NCBI GenBank assembly: GCA_963828255.1
Contig: CAWHDZ010000011.1
Location: forward strand, 96,001-160,000
Length of the DNA stretch: 64,000 nucleotides
DNA from: an uncultured delta proteobacterium
GTDB lineage: Bacteria > Myxococcota > Myxococcia > Myxococcales > Anaeromyxobacteraceae
Direction: 5' to 3'
Position numbers and translations under genes: made by a program. Every line of letters starts with the position of its first letter. Positions within the stretch are counted from its first letter, which is position 1. The notes beneath the pieces were generated by a model. That model did no database searches. It was not told the origin of the DNA and saw only the letters and a program-made list of their open reading frames with translations. Of this stretch, positions 45,524 through 54,845 are shown piece by piece.

Positions 45524-48310
45524 ATGATCGAGCGGGAGAGCGCGTCCGCGCAGCGTCGCGGCGCACGGCAGCAGCGCAAGGTGGCACGGAAGGGCATCAC
45601 CGTCCCCCGGTTCTTCACCACGCCGGGCGTGGACCCGGCCGAGGAGCTGGCCTGGGAGACCCGCACCGCCGGGATCACCGGTGAGGGCGGAAAGATCATC
45701 TTCGAGCAGAAGGACGTCGAGGTCCCCAAGAGCTGGTCGCTCCTCGCCACCAACGTGGTCGCTTCGAAGTACTTCCGCGGCCAGCAGGGCACCGCGCAGC
45801 GCGAGACCTCGGTGCGGCAACTGGTGGGGCGCGTGGTCCGCACCATCTCCGCCTGGGGGCGCAAGGACGGCTACTTCGCCACCGAGGCCGACGCCGAGGC
45901 CTTCGAGGCCGAGCTCGGCCACCTGGTCTACCGGCAGAAGATGAGCTTCAACTCCCCGGTCTGGTTCAACGTGGGGGTCGAGGAGCACCCCCAGTGCTCG
46001 GCCTGCTTCATCAACGCGGTCAGCGACTCGATGGACTCCATCCTGCGCCTGGCCCACACCGAGGGAATGCTCTTCAAGTACGGGTCGGGCACGGGCTCCA
46101 ACCTCTCCCGCATCCGCTCCTCCAAGGAGTACCTCTCGGGCGGCGGCGAGGCCTCCGGACCGGTCTCCTTCATGCGGGGCTTCGACGCCTTCGCGGGCGT
46201 CATCAAGTCGGGCGGCAAGACCCGGCGCGCCGCCAAGATGGTCATCCTCGACGCCGACCACCCGGACATCGAGGAGTTCGTCTCCTCCAAGGCCACCGAG
46301 GAGAAGAAGGCCTGGGCCCTCATCGAGGCCGGCTACGACGGCGGTTTCAACGTCCACGGCGGCGCCTACGACTCGGTGTTCTTCCAGAACGCCAACCACT
46401 CGGTGCGCGTCTCCGACGCCTTCATGCACGCGGTGGTGGACGACGCGGAGTGGCCGCTGCTCGCCCGCACCAACGGCAAGCCCATCAGCCGGGTCCGTGC
46501 CCGCAGCCTCATGCGGCAGATCTCCGACGCCGCCTGGCTGTGCGGCGACCCGGGGCTCCAGTTCGACACCACCGTGAACGCCTGGCACACCTGCCCGGAC
46601 ACGGCGCGCATCAACGCGTCCAACCCGTGCTCCGAGTACATGTTCCTCGACGACAGCGCCTGCAACCTGGCGTCGCTCAACCTCATGCACTTCCGCTCCA
46701 TCGAGGGCGGGTTCGACGCCGACTCCTTCCGCCGCGCGGTGGACCTCACCATCCTGGCCCAGGAGATCCTCGTCTCCAACTCCCGCTACCCCACCGAGGC
46801 CATCGGCAAGAACAGCGAGGACTACCGGCCCCTCGGGCTCGGATACGCCAACCTGGGGGCGTTCCTCATGGCCACCGGCGTGCCCTACGACTCTCCGGGA
46901 GGCCGGGCCACCGCCGCGGCCATCAGCGCGGTGATGACCGGCGAGGCCTACGCGCAGAGCGCCCGCATCGCCGCGCACAAGGGCCCCTTCAACGGCTTCC
47001 CGCAGAACCGGGCCTCCTTCCTGTCGGTGATGCGCAAGCACGCCGCGGCGGTGGACCAGATCGACGTGGGCCTGGCGGCGCCCGACCTGGTGGATGCCGC
47101 CCACCGGGCCTGGGCCGACGCGGTCGCGCTGGGCGCCCAGCACGGCTACCGGAACGCGCAGGCCACCGTGCTCGCGCCCACCGGCACCATCGGCTTCATG
47201 ATGGACTGCGACACCACCGGCATCGAGCCCGACATCGCGCTCGTGAAGTACAAGAAGCTGGTGGGCGGCGGCATGCTCAAGATCGTGAACAACACGGTCC
47301 CGCTGGCGCTGCAGCGGATCGGCTACTCCACCGGCGAGATCGGCTCCATCCTGCAGTACATCGACGAGGTGGAGACCATCGAGGGCGCCCCCGGGCTCCG
47401 CGACGAGCACCTGCCCGTCTTCGACTGCGCGTTCAAGCCGCAGAACGGCAGCCGCACCATCCACTACATGGGGCACATCCGGATGATGTCGGCGGTCCAG
47501 CCCTTCCTCTCCGGGGCCATCTCGAAGACCGTCAACATGCCCAGCGCGGCCACCTCCGAGGACATCGAGACGGCCTACCTGGAGGCCTGGAAGCTTGGGC
47601 TGAAGGCCATCGCCATCTACCGGGACGGCTGCAAGCGCAGCCAGCCGCTCAACACCGGCAAGGGAGCCGAGGCGAAGCACGAGGAGGTGCCCGCCGAGGC
47701 GCTGGCGAATCTGCAGCGGCGCCGCCTGCCGGACGAGCGCAACGCCATCACCCACAAGTTCTCCATCGGCGGCCACGAGGGCTACATGACCGTGGGCATG
47801 TACGCCGACGGCACCCCGGGCGAGCTCTTCGTCACCATGGCCAAGGAGGGCTCGGTCGTCTCCGGGCTCATGGACAGCTTCGCCACCTCCATCTCCATGG
47901 CGCTCCAGTACGGGGTTCCGCTCAAGGTGCTGGTGGACAAGTTCAGCCACACCCGCTTCGAGCCCTCCGGCTTCACCGGGAACCCGGACATCCCCATCGC
48001 CAAGTCGATCACCGACTACATCTTCCGGTGGCTGTCCCTGAAGTTCCTCCCCTCCGAGGAGGGCGTGGCCGCGGCCAAGGACCTCACGCCGGGCGCCGCA
48101 CCGGCCGCTCCGCGCCTCAAGGCGGCCGCGCGGATCGTCTCGGCCACGGCGGTGGTCTCGACGCCGGTCATCGCGCTGCCCGCGCAGGAGGACTCGCCGT
48201 TCCTGGCCCAGGCCGACGCGCCGCCGTGCCCCAACTGCGGCAGCATCACGGTGCGGAACGGGGCCTGCTACAAGTGCATGAACTGCGGGACGACCACGGG
48301 CTGTAGCTAG
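45524..48310 (+). CDS. nrdJ: Class II (adenosylcobalamin-dependent) ribonucleotide reductase with C-terminal TSCPD-like and Zn-ribbon domains
   Basis: FNSPVWFN, QCSACFI, GGKTRRAAKM, SNPCSE, ACNLASLN, APTGT, YRDG, CPNC...CYKCMNCG...GCS; GGGAGG SD. Confidence 0.96.
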   Translation: MIERESASAQRRGARQQRKVARKGITVPRFFTTPGVDPAEELAWETRTAGITGEGGKIIFEQKDVEVPKSWSLLATNVVASKYFRGQQGTAQRETSVRQLVGRVVRTISAWGRKDGYFATEADAEAFEAELGHLVYRQKMSFNSPVWFNVGVEEHPQCSACFINAVSDSMDSILRLAHTEGMLFKYGSGTGSNLSRIRSSKEYLSGGGEASGPVSFMRGFDAFAGVIKSGGKTRRAAKMVILDADHPDIEEFVSSKATEEKKAWALIEAGYDGGFNVHGGAYDSVFFQNANHSVRVSDAFMHAVVDDAEWPLLARTNGKPISRVRARSLMRQISDAAWLCGDPGLQFDTTVNAWHTCPDTARINASNPCSEYMFLDDSACNLASLNLMHFRSIEGGFDADSFRRAVDLTILAQEILVSNSRYPTEAIGKNSEDYRPLGLGYANLGAFLMATGVPYDSPGGRATAAAISAVMTGEAYAQSARIAAHKGPFNGFPQNRASFLSVMRKHAAAVDQIDVGLAAPDLVDAAHRAWADAVALGAQHGYRNAQATVLAPTGTIGFMMDCDTTGIEPDIALVKYKKLVGGGMLKIVNNTVPLALQRIGYSTGEIGSILQYIDEVETIEGAPGLRDEHLPVFDCAFKPQNGSRTIHYMGHIRMMSAVQPFLSGAISKTVNMPSAATSEDIETAYLEAWKLGLKAIAIYRDGCKRSQPLNTGKGAEAKHEEVPAEALANLQRRRLPDERNAITHKFSIGGHEGYMTVGMYADGTPGELFVTMAKEGSVVSGLMDSFATSISMALQYGVPLKVLVDKFSHTRFEPSGFTGNPDIPIAKSITDYIFRWLSLKFLPSEEGVAAAKDLTPGAAPAAPRLKAAARIVSATAVVSTPVIALPAQEDSPFLAQADAPPCPNCGSITVRNGACYKCMNCGTTTGCS

Positions 48311-48312
48311 CT

Positions 48313-48341
48313 GCGCCGGCTTCAGCCGGCGCAAGAGCGGG
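48313..48341 (+). repeat. REP-like palindrome copy 1
   Basis: GCGCCGGC-TTCA-GCCGGCGC-AAGAGCGGG, 2 nt after the nrdJ stop. Confidence 0.85.
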
Positions 48342-48378
48342 ACCACGAAGCCGCCTCACCGCAGGGAATTGAAGACAC

Positions 48379-48418
48379 GAAGGGCGCCCGGATTCGATTC
48401 CCGGGCGCCCTTCTGTAT
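48379..48418 (+). terminator. Rho-independent terminator candidate after nrdJ
   Basis: 13-bp stem GAAGGGCGCCCGG / CCGGGCGCCCTTC followed by a weak U tract. Confidence 0.6.
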
Positions 48419-48495
48419 CAGTCGCGCCGAACTCAGATCCGTATGCTGGCCGGGGGGCGGCGCAGGGTCGGTGATCCAGGCATGATGGGGACGCC

Positions 48496-48723
48496 ATGAA
48501 GGCACTCAAGGCACACGTCAGGGGTGGCCGGGTGGTGCTCGACGAGCCCACCGAGCTACCCGATGGGACCGAGGTCGAGTTCACGGTCGTGGAGGACGAT
48601 GACTTCGAGCCCGGTGAGCGCGCTCGCCTGGACGCCTCGTTGGAGCTGAGCGCGGCGCAGGCCAGCGCCGGGCAACTCGTCGACGGCGATGCCGTCATCC
48701 AGAACCTGCTCTCCCGGGGATGA
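48496..48723 (+). CDS. Putative antitoxin (DUF104/AbrB-like N-terminus)
   Basis: KAHVRGGRVVLDEPTELPDGTEV plus acidic C-terminus; ATGA overlap with the toxin gene. Confidence 0.75.
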   Translation: MKALKAHVRGGRVVLDEPTELPDGTEVEFTVVEDDDFEPGERARLDASLELSAAQASAGQLVDGDAVIQNLLSRG

Positions 48724-48917
48724 AGCTCTTCTTCACGCCCCAGGCGGAACGCCAGGCGGCGGAGATGGACTTCTGGTGGCGCGAGCACCGTCCTGGATCT
48801 CGGGACCTCTTCGCGCGAGAACTGGCCGAGGCACGGGCGCTGATCACCGGCGCCCCGGCCGCTGGCTCCACGTACACGACCAGGAGCGGAAAGCCGTATC
48901 GCCGCGTGTTCTGGTGA
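48720..48917 (+). pseudogene. RelE/ParE family toxin, C-terminally truncated
   Basis: FTPQAERQ...WWREHRP...LFAREL...P.AG...RR; stops at 65 aa, without the expected final beta strands. Confidence 0.7.
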
Positions 48918-48937
48918 CGTCGCAGCGACCTCGCAGG

Positions 48938-48969
48938 CCCGCTCTTGCGCCGGCTGAAGCCGGCGCTAC
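48938..48969 (-). repeat. REP-like palindrome copy 2 (inverted)
   Basis: Minus strand GTAGCGCCGGCTTCAGCCGGCGCAAGAGCGGG; 29/29 match to copy 1; its TAG is the cupredoxin stop. Confidence 0.85.
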
Positions 48970-49310
48970 TCGACCACGATCTTCCCGTCCCCCATGGCCA
49001 TCGCCGTGCAGTGGAACTTCTCCACGCCCGCCTTGGCCGGCGTGATGGTGAGCGCCACCGCCTTGTTGAGCGGCAGCTCGAAGCCCTTCACCTTCTCGGC
49101 CGGGATGTCGATGGCCTTGATGCAGGTGCGGTCGGTGGTGCGCAGGAAGGAGAGCGTCACCGGCTGCCCCTTCTTGACCTTGATCTCCTTCGGCTCGAAG
49201 CCGTTCTCGGTGACCTTGATCTCGATCTTCTTCCCCGCTGGGGCGGGGGCCGGGTCGGCAGCGAGGACGGGGAGCGCGACGACGAGGGCGAGCAGTGCGG
49301 CGAGACGCAT
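48966..49310 (-). CDS. Exported cupredoxin-like domain protein
   Basis: Signal peptide; VTENGFEPKEIKVKKGQPV, RTC, FHCTAM. Confidence 0.82.
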   Translation of the reverse strand: MRLAALLALVVALPVLAADPAPAPAGKKIEIKVTENGFEPKEIKVKKGQPVTLSFLRTTDRTCIKAIDIPAEKVKGFELPLNKAVALTITPAKAGVEKFHCTAMAMGDGKIVVE

Positions 49311-49387
49311 TCGGGAATCCTCCAGGGTTCGAACGGGTAGACATCATAACCCCGACGGATATTCCCGCGAACCCTTCAGTGACCCCG

Positions 49388-52300
49388 TCAATGGAAGTCC
49401 CGCGAGGCCGTCCGCACCCCCTCGAGCGGCGCCAGCGGCAGGAGTTCCCTCACTTGAAGATTCACCACCTTGCCGGTGCGCTCGACGCGCCCCCGGGCGA
49501 TGAGGAAGGGGGCGTTGCGCACCAGCGGCCGGAAGCGCTCGTAGACGTCGGGCATGACCACCAGGTTGGCGATCCCGGTCTCGTCCTCCAGCGAGACGAA
49601 GGTGATCCCGGCCGCCGTCTCCGGGCGCTGCCGGACGATGACGAGGCCGCCCACCTCGACCGGCGCCCGGTTCGGCAGGCGGGAGAGCTCCCGGGCGGTG
49701 CGGGCTCCGCGGGCCGCGAGCGCCGCGCGCAGGAAGGAGACCGGGTGGGCTCTCTCGGAGAGGCCGGTGGCGGCGTAGTCCCGCGCCACCTCCTCGGCCG
49801 CGGCCGGCTCCCCGAGCGCGGCGGGCGCCTCGGGCGGCAGCCGCCCCGCGAAGAGGTCCCCTTCGTCCCCCTCCCCCCCCGGCGGGAGCCCGAGCGCCGT
49901 CCAGAGCGCGGCCCGCCGCCCCGGCGACAGCGATCGGAGCGCGGCCGCCTCGGCCAGCCGCGTGAGCCAGGCCCGCGACAGACGCGCCCGCCGCGCCAGG
50001 TCCTCCACCGAGGCGAAGGGCGCCTCCCGCCGCGCCGCCAGCACCGCCTCCCCCACCGCCCGCGGCAGCCCGCGGATGCGGGAGAGACCGAGCCGCAGCG
50101 CCGGCCGCTCCCCGGGCGCCGACGGCACCCCCGCCCCCGCCCCTTCCAGCGTGCACTCCCAGTCACTGTACGCGGCGTCGACCCCGCGCACCTCCACCCC
50201 GTTGCGCTTGGCGTCCTCCACCAGCGTGTGGGGCGCGTAGAAGCCCATGGGCTGGCTGTCGAGCAGCGCCGCCACGAAGGCGGCCGGGTGGCGCCGCTTC
50301 ATCCAGGCCGACGCGTAGACCAGCAGCGCGAAGGAGGCGGCGTGCGACTCGGGGAAGCCGTATCCGGCGAAGCCGTGGAGCTGCTCCAGGATGGCGTCGG
50401 CGTCCCTCCGCGGGATGCCCTTCGCGGCCATGCCGGCAGTGAGCCTCCCGCGCATCTCGTCGATGCGCTCGTGGGAGCGCTTGTGGGTCATGGCCCGGCG
50501 CAGCTCGTCGGCCTCTCCGGGGGTGTAGCCGGCGGCCACCACCGCGAGCCGCATGGCCTGCTCCTGGAAGAGCGGGATGCCGAGCGTGCGCTCGAGCACC
50601 GCCCGCAGCGGCTCGTAGGGGTAGCGGACCTCCTCCAGGCCGTCGCGGCGGCGCAGGAAGGGGTGGACCATGCCCCCCTGGATGGGGCCGGGGCGGATGA
50701 TGGCCACCGAGATGACGAGGTCGTAGAAGCGGCGCGGGCGAAGCCGGGGAAGCAGCGACATCTGCGCCCGCGACTCGATCTGGAAGACGCCGATGGTGTC
50801 GGCCCGGGAGATCATCTCGTAGACCTCCGGCTCCTCGGCGGGGATGGCCGCCAGCGTGGCCGGCCAGGGATTGGCGGTCGCGCCGCAGGGGGCGGGCCGG
50901 TGGCGCTCGAGCAGCGCGAGTGACCGGGAGAGCGCGGTGAGCATGCCGAGAGCCAGCAGGTCCACCTTGAGCAGCCCGAGCTCGGCCAGATCGTCCTTGT
51001 CCCACTGGACCACGGTGCGCCCGGGCATGGCGGCGGGCTGCACCGGCACGGTCTCGACGAGCGGCCGCTTCGTGATGACGAATCCGCCCACGTGGATGGA
51101 GAGGTGGCGCGGAAAGCCGGCGATCTCCGCGGCGAGGCGCAGCGCGTGGCGCACCGCCGGGGATCCCTCCGGGTCGAGCCCGGCCTGCTCGAGCACCGCC
51201 GCCGGGATCTCGCCGGCCGCGTCGTGGCTGCCGACCAGCTTCGCCAGCCGGTCCACCTGGTCGGGGGCGAGTCCCAGCGCCTTGCCGACGTCGCGGATGG
51301 CCGAGCGCGCCCGGTAGCTGATGACCTCGCAGACCATGCCGGCCCGGTCGCGCCCGTAGCGCCCGTAGACGTACTGGATGACCTCCTCGCGCCGCTCGTG
51401 CTCGAAGTCCACGTCGATGTCGGGCGGCTCGCCCCGCTCCGCCGACAGGAAACGCTCGAAGAGCAGCCCCATGCGCACCGGGTCGATGGAGGTGATGCCG
51501 AGGGCGAAGCAGACCGCCGAGTTGGCCGCGCTCCCCCGCCCCTGGCAGAGGATGCCGCGCTCCCGGGCGAAGCGGACCACGTCCCAGACGGTGAGGAAGT
51601 AGCTCTCGTAGCCGAGCTGCTCGACGAGCGCGAGCTCCCGGGCCAGCTGCCGCTCCACGTCGTCGGGAGGCGGGCCGCCGTAGCGCCAGCGCGCGCCGTC
51701 GCGCACCAGCCTCCGGAGCAGGTCCATCCCCCCCACCGGCCCGTCGCCCTCGCCGGCCGCGGCGGCGGCCGCGGCCAGCACCGGCGGGAGCGGGTGCTCG
51801 CCGCGGATCTCCTCGAGCCGGAAGGTGCAGGAGGCGGCCAGATCGGCGGCCGCCGCGAGCCCCTCCGGGAAGTCGGCCCACAGCCGCGCCATCTCCTCGG
51901 GCCCCTTCAGCGTGCGCTCGGCGTTGGGGAAGAGGCGCCGCCCCACCCGGTCGACGCTGGTGCCCAGCCGGACGCAGGTGAGGACGTCCTGCAGCGGCTG
52001 GCGGCGGCGCTCGTGGGTGTGGACGTCGTTCACCACCGCCACCGGGATGGCGAGCCGCCGCCCCACGCTGCGGACCGCGGCGATGCGCGCCTCCTCCCCG
52101 GCCACCCGGTGGCGCGACACCGTGAGCGCGAGGCGCGGACCGAAGGCTTCCTTGAGCCGCGCGGCCACCCCGGCGTCGGCGCCGGCGTGGAGGGCCACGA
52201 GGCCACGGGCCCGCTCGGCCACCGCCAGGAAGGGGAGCCGCGGCTCGGGCGGCCGGAGCACCGTCCCGTCGGGCGCCTCGCCCTCCGCGAGCGGCGCGCC

Positions 52301-52609
52301 CGCGTGGGCCTCGGTGAGCAGCCGGCAGAGCCCGGCGTACCCCTCGCGGTCCAGGGCGAGCAGGGTGAGCCCGGAGGGTCCTGGCCCGAGGCCGTCGCAG
52401 GCCACCTCGGCGCCGACGACCAGCGGGAGCCCCCGCTTGCGGGCCCTGGCGTGGGCCCGCACCACGCCGTAGAGGCCGCCGCGATCGGCCAGCGCCAGCG
52501 CCTCGAGCCCCAGGTCGGCGGCCCGGTCCACCAGCTCCTCGGGATGGCTCGCCCCTTCCAGGAAGGAGAAGCTGGACCGGCAGCGCAGCTCTGCGTAGCG
52601 GGGGGGCAT
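49388..52609 (-). CDS. dnaE2: Error-prone DNA polymerase DnaE2 (ImuC)
   Basis: PHP SSFSFLEGAS, GRGSAANS, PPDIDVDFEH, GVFQIESRAQ, YGFPESHAASF, C-terminal SRDFH. Confidence 0.96.
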   Translation of the reverse strand: MPPRYAELRCRSSFSFLEGASHPEELVDRAADLGLEALALADRGGLYGVVRAHARARKRGLPLVVGAEVACDGLGPGPSGLTLLALDREGYAGLCRLLTEAHAGAPLAEGEAPDGTVLRPPEPRLPFLAVAERARGLVALHAGADAGVAARLKEAFGPRLALTVSRHRVAGEEARIAAVRSVGRRLAIPVAVVNDVHTHERRRQPLQDVLTCVRLGTSVDRVGRRLFPNAERTLKGPEEMARLWADFPEGLAAAADLAASCTFRLEEIRGEHPLPPVLAAAAAAAGEGDGPVGGMDLLRRLVRDGARWRYGGPPPDDVERQLARELALVEQLGYESYFLTVWDVVRFARERGILCQGRGSAANSAVCFALGITSIDPVRMGLLFERFLSAERGEPPDIDVDFEHERREEVIQYVYGRYGRDRAGMVCEVISYRARSAIRDVGKALGLAPDQVDRLAKLVGSHDAAGEIPAAVLEQAGLDPEGSPAVRHALRLAAEIAGFPRHLSIHVGGFVITKRPLVETVPVQPAAMPGRTVVQWDKDDLAELGLLKVDLLALGMLTALSRSLALLERHRPAPCGATANPWPATLAAIPAEEPEVYEMISRADTIGVFQIESRAQMSLLPRLRPRRFYDLVISVAIIRPGPIQGGMVHPFLRRRDGLEEVRYPYEPLRAVLERTLGIPLFQEQAMRLAVVAAGYTPGEADELRRAMTHKRSHERIDEMRGRLTAGMAAKGIPRRDADAILEQLHGFAGYGFPESHAASFALLVYASAWMKRRHPAAFVAALLDSQPMGFYAPHTLVEDAKRNGVEVRGVDAAYSDWECTLEGAGAGVPSAPGERPALRLGLSRIRGLPRAVGEAVLAARREAPFASVEDLARRARLSRAWLTRLAEAAALRSLSPGRRAALWTALGLPPGGEGDEGDLFAGRLPPEAPAALGEPAAAEEVARDYAATGLSERAHPVSFLRAALAARGARTARELSRLPNRAPVEVGGLVIVRQRPETAAGITFVSLEDETGIANLVVMPDVYERFRPLVRNAPFLIARGRVERTGKVVNLQVRELLPLAPLEGVRTASRDFH

Positions 52610-52617
52610 GGCGCGCC

Positions 52618-54129
52618 TCAGTCGAAGAGGCCGTGGAGCCAGAGCCGGCCGTCGCGCCCGTCGCGGTAGATCCAGGCCTCGCCCAGCCCCTCGAGCCGGG
52701 CCCGGTAGTAATCGCGATCGAAGGGCTCGTTCCACCACTCGCCGGCCAGCCGCTCGGGGCCGGAGAGGGAGAGGACGGCGCGGACCGCGCCCTCGACCCG
52801 GAGTGAAGTGAGCCGGCCGCCCTCCCCCAGCGCCACGACCGGGCGCGGCGGGTCGAGGAGGCGCGTGGGGCGTCCGGGGTGCGGCCCGGTCCCGGTCATC
52901 CGGCCGTTCCCCCGCCCGGCCCCCTCGTGGCGGAACGGGGCCACCCGGTAGGCCGCCTCCGGCCGGTGCCGGTCGGCCGACTCGGCCGCGAGGAGGGAGC
53001 CCTCCCCCAGCCGGGCCGCCAGGCGCGACAGCGCCACGTCGAGCGCGCGCGCCACCTCGGGCCGGTCGCCCACGGCGAGTTGCTCGGCAGGGACCTCGGC
53101 CGCCTCGACCACCGCGAGGTCGAGTGCGCGCACCGGCGCGGGGAGCCGCAGCCCGGCGAGCCGCTCCCGCAGCGGTGCCAGCCACAGGGCCGCGTCGGCG
53201 CCCGGCCGTGCCAGCGGCAGGTCCACCCGCTCCTCGCCGCGCGGGTCGAGGAAGAGGGTGAGCCGCAGCCGGCTCGCCCCCATGCCGCGCCCGGCGAGGC
53301 GCGCCGCCACCCGGTCGGCCAGCCGCTTGGCGGCGAAGAGCACCGGCTCGGCGCTCTCGAGCACCCCCACCTCGCCGTCGAGATCCCAGCGCTCGCGCGG
53401 GAAGGTCTCCGGCGCGAAGGGGACGAGCGGCCGGGGATCGACGCCACGGGCCAGCCGGGCGGCCACCGCGCCCGGCGCGCCGAAGCGGTGGGCGAGCGTC
53501 TCCGCCGGGAGCGCGGCCAGCGCGCCCACGCGCTCCACCCCCACCGCGGAGAGCCAGCGCACCACCTCGACCGGCAGGTCGAGCGCCTCGAGCGGCAGCG
53601 GGGCGAGCGCCCGCGCCCCCTCCCCCGGCGCCGCCCGCGTCCGCTCCCGGCCGGCGTGGCGGGCCAGCGAGAGCGCCACCCCCTTGCCGTCGGCCACCGC
53701 GAGCCACCCCTCGAAGCCCATGTCGCGGCAGAGGGCGAGCACCCGCTCCGCCAGCAGACGCTCCGCCTCCTCCGGCTCCTTGCCGGCGAGGCGCGCGCCG
53801 CCGGCGTCGAGGAGCACCGCGTCGGGGTGCGCCACCTCGACCACGGGCGACAGGGAGAGGAGCGCCTCGGCGAGCGCGCGCAGCGCGGCCCGGTCGGCGG
53901 CGGCGTCGAGCGGCACGGCCTCGAGCCCGGCGCAGGCGGCCCGCGCCTGCACCAGGGAGTCGCCCGGCCGGACCCCGGCGGTGAGGGCCTGGGCGGTGGC
54001 GTGGCGGACCTCCCCCTCCGAAACCACCGCGAGCGGGCCGGCCGGGGGGCGCGTCCGGAGCACCCGCTGCAGGGGCAGCGCCGGGACGACGACGGCGAGG
54101 ACGCGCGGAGGGCCCCGCTCAGGCGGCAT
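52618..54129 (-). CDS. imuB: ImuB, inactive Y-family polymerase homologue
   Basis: GVRPG..LVQARA, PLPLEAL, GPERLAGEWW...RDYY, WLHGLFD; sits between imuA and dnaE2. Confidence 0.9.
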   Translation of the reverse strand: MPPERGPPRVLAVVVPALPLQRVLRTRPPAGPLAVVSEGEVRHATAQALTAGVRPGDSLVQARAACAGLEAVPLDAAADRAALRALAEALLSLSPVVEVAHPDAVLLDAGGARLAGKEPEEAERLLAERVLALCRDMGFEGWLAVADGKGVALSLARHAGRERTRAAPGEGARALAPLPLEALDLPVEVVRWLSAVGVERVGALAALPAETLAHRFGAPGAVAARLARGVDPRPLVPFAPETFPRERWDLDGEVGVLESAEPVLFAAKRLADRVAARLAGRGMGASRLRLTLFLDPRGEERVDLPLARPGADAALWLAPLRERLAGLRLPAPVRALDLAVVEAAEVPAEQLAVGDRPEVARALDVALSRLAARLGEGSLLAAESADRHRPEAAYRVAPFRHEGAGRGNGRMTGTGPHPGRPTRLLDPPRPVVALGEGGRLTSLRVEGAVRAVLSLSGPERLAGEWWNEPFDRDYYRARLEGLGEAWIYRDGRDGRLWLHGLFD

Positions 54130-54721
54130 GGCCGTCCTCCGCGGGACGCAGGGCGTCCAGGTCGATCCGGATCGCCGCCGGGATGGCCGGGTCGCCCGGC
54201 CCGGAGAGCAGGAGCGCCGCCGCCCCGCCCTTCTCGGCCGCCGCCCGCAGCCGGCGGAGCACGGGCTCGGCGCGCGACGCGGGAACCCCGCGCAGGGGGA
54301 CGTCGACGACGACGGCGGGGAAGGCCCCGCTCGCCAGCAGGACCTCGGCGGCCCAGAGGCCGGGGAGCAGCGCGCCCCGCGCCGGATCGGGCCGGACGAT
54401 GAGGAGCCGCGCCAGGTTCACACCCAGTGCAAGCGCAGCCGGCGGGTAGAGCTCGCTCCGGCCGTCCACGAAGGCGGCCAGGCCGCCCCCGGCCTGCGCC
54501 TCCCGCAGCACCGCGAGGGCCACTCCGGTCTTGCCGCTGGCCGGACCGCCGCACAGCGAGGAGAGGGACCCGCGTGGGAAGCCTCCGCCGGGGAGCAGCG
54601 CCTCCACCTCGGGACGGCCGCAGGCGAGCACCCCCTCGCGACGCCCCGGCCGCCGCTCCATGCGGCGGATCTGGCTGCGAAGCTCCTCGAGGACTTCCTG
54701 CTGGCGGGTGGCGTTGCCCAT
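54119..54721 (-). CDS. imuA: ImuA, RecA-like mutagenesis protein
   Basis: LLPGGGFPRG, Walker A GGPASGKT, LYPPAA, LWAAE, RRLRAAAE. Confidence 0.88.
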   Translation of the reverse strand: MGNATRQQEVLEELRSQIRRMERRPGRREGVLACGRPEVEALLPGGGFPRGSLSSLCGGPASGKTGVALAVLREAQAGGGLAAFVDGRSELYPPAALALGVNLARLLIVRPDPARGALLPGLWAAEVLLASGAFPAVVVDVPLRGVPASRAEPVLRRLRAAAEKGGAAALLLSGPGDPAIPAAIRIDLDALRPAEDGHAA

Positions 54722-54730
54722 GGCTCACGT

Positions 54731-54758
54731 CCTGAACGATACTGCTCGTTCGTTCAGG
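54731..54758. promoter_or_regulatory. Myxococcus-type LexA (SOS) box upstream of imuA
   Basis: CTGCTCGTTCGTTCAGG (54742-54758) fits CTRHAMRYBYGTTCAGS with one mismatch; also CCTGAACGA-N10-TCGTTCAGG inverted repeat. Confidence 0.78.
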
Positions 54759-54767
54759 TAGCAAGCG

Positions 54768-54829
54768 GGGCTGACATTGCAGCGCCGGCTTCAGCCGGCG
54801 CAAGAACCACCCACGGAACCGCTTCGTTC
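54768..54829 (+). repeat. Extended direct repeat containing REP copy 3
   Basis: GGGCTGACAT..CAGCGCCGGCTTCAGCCGGCGCAAGAACCACCCACGGAACCGCTTCGTTC. Confidence 0.85.
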
Positions 54830-54845
54830 TTCGTAGACTCCATCC

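Noticed and set aside
45524..52609. Inteins or introns in nrdJ or dnaE2
   Set aside because: Normal lengths, contiguous motifs, no C...HN splice or LAGLIDADG signatures seen
49388..53707. 1439-aa DnaE2 with N-terminal extension, and similar extended starts for lpdA, hom, rlmN, sucD and carA
   Set aside because: The extensions are low-complexity alternate frames of upstream genes; real starts lie at the conserved N-termini
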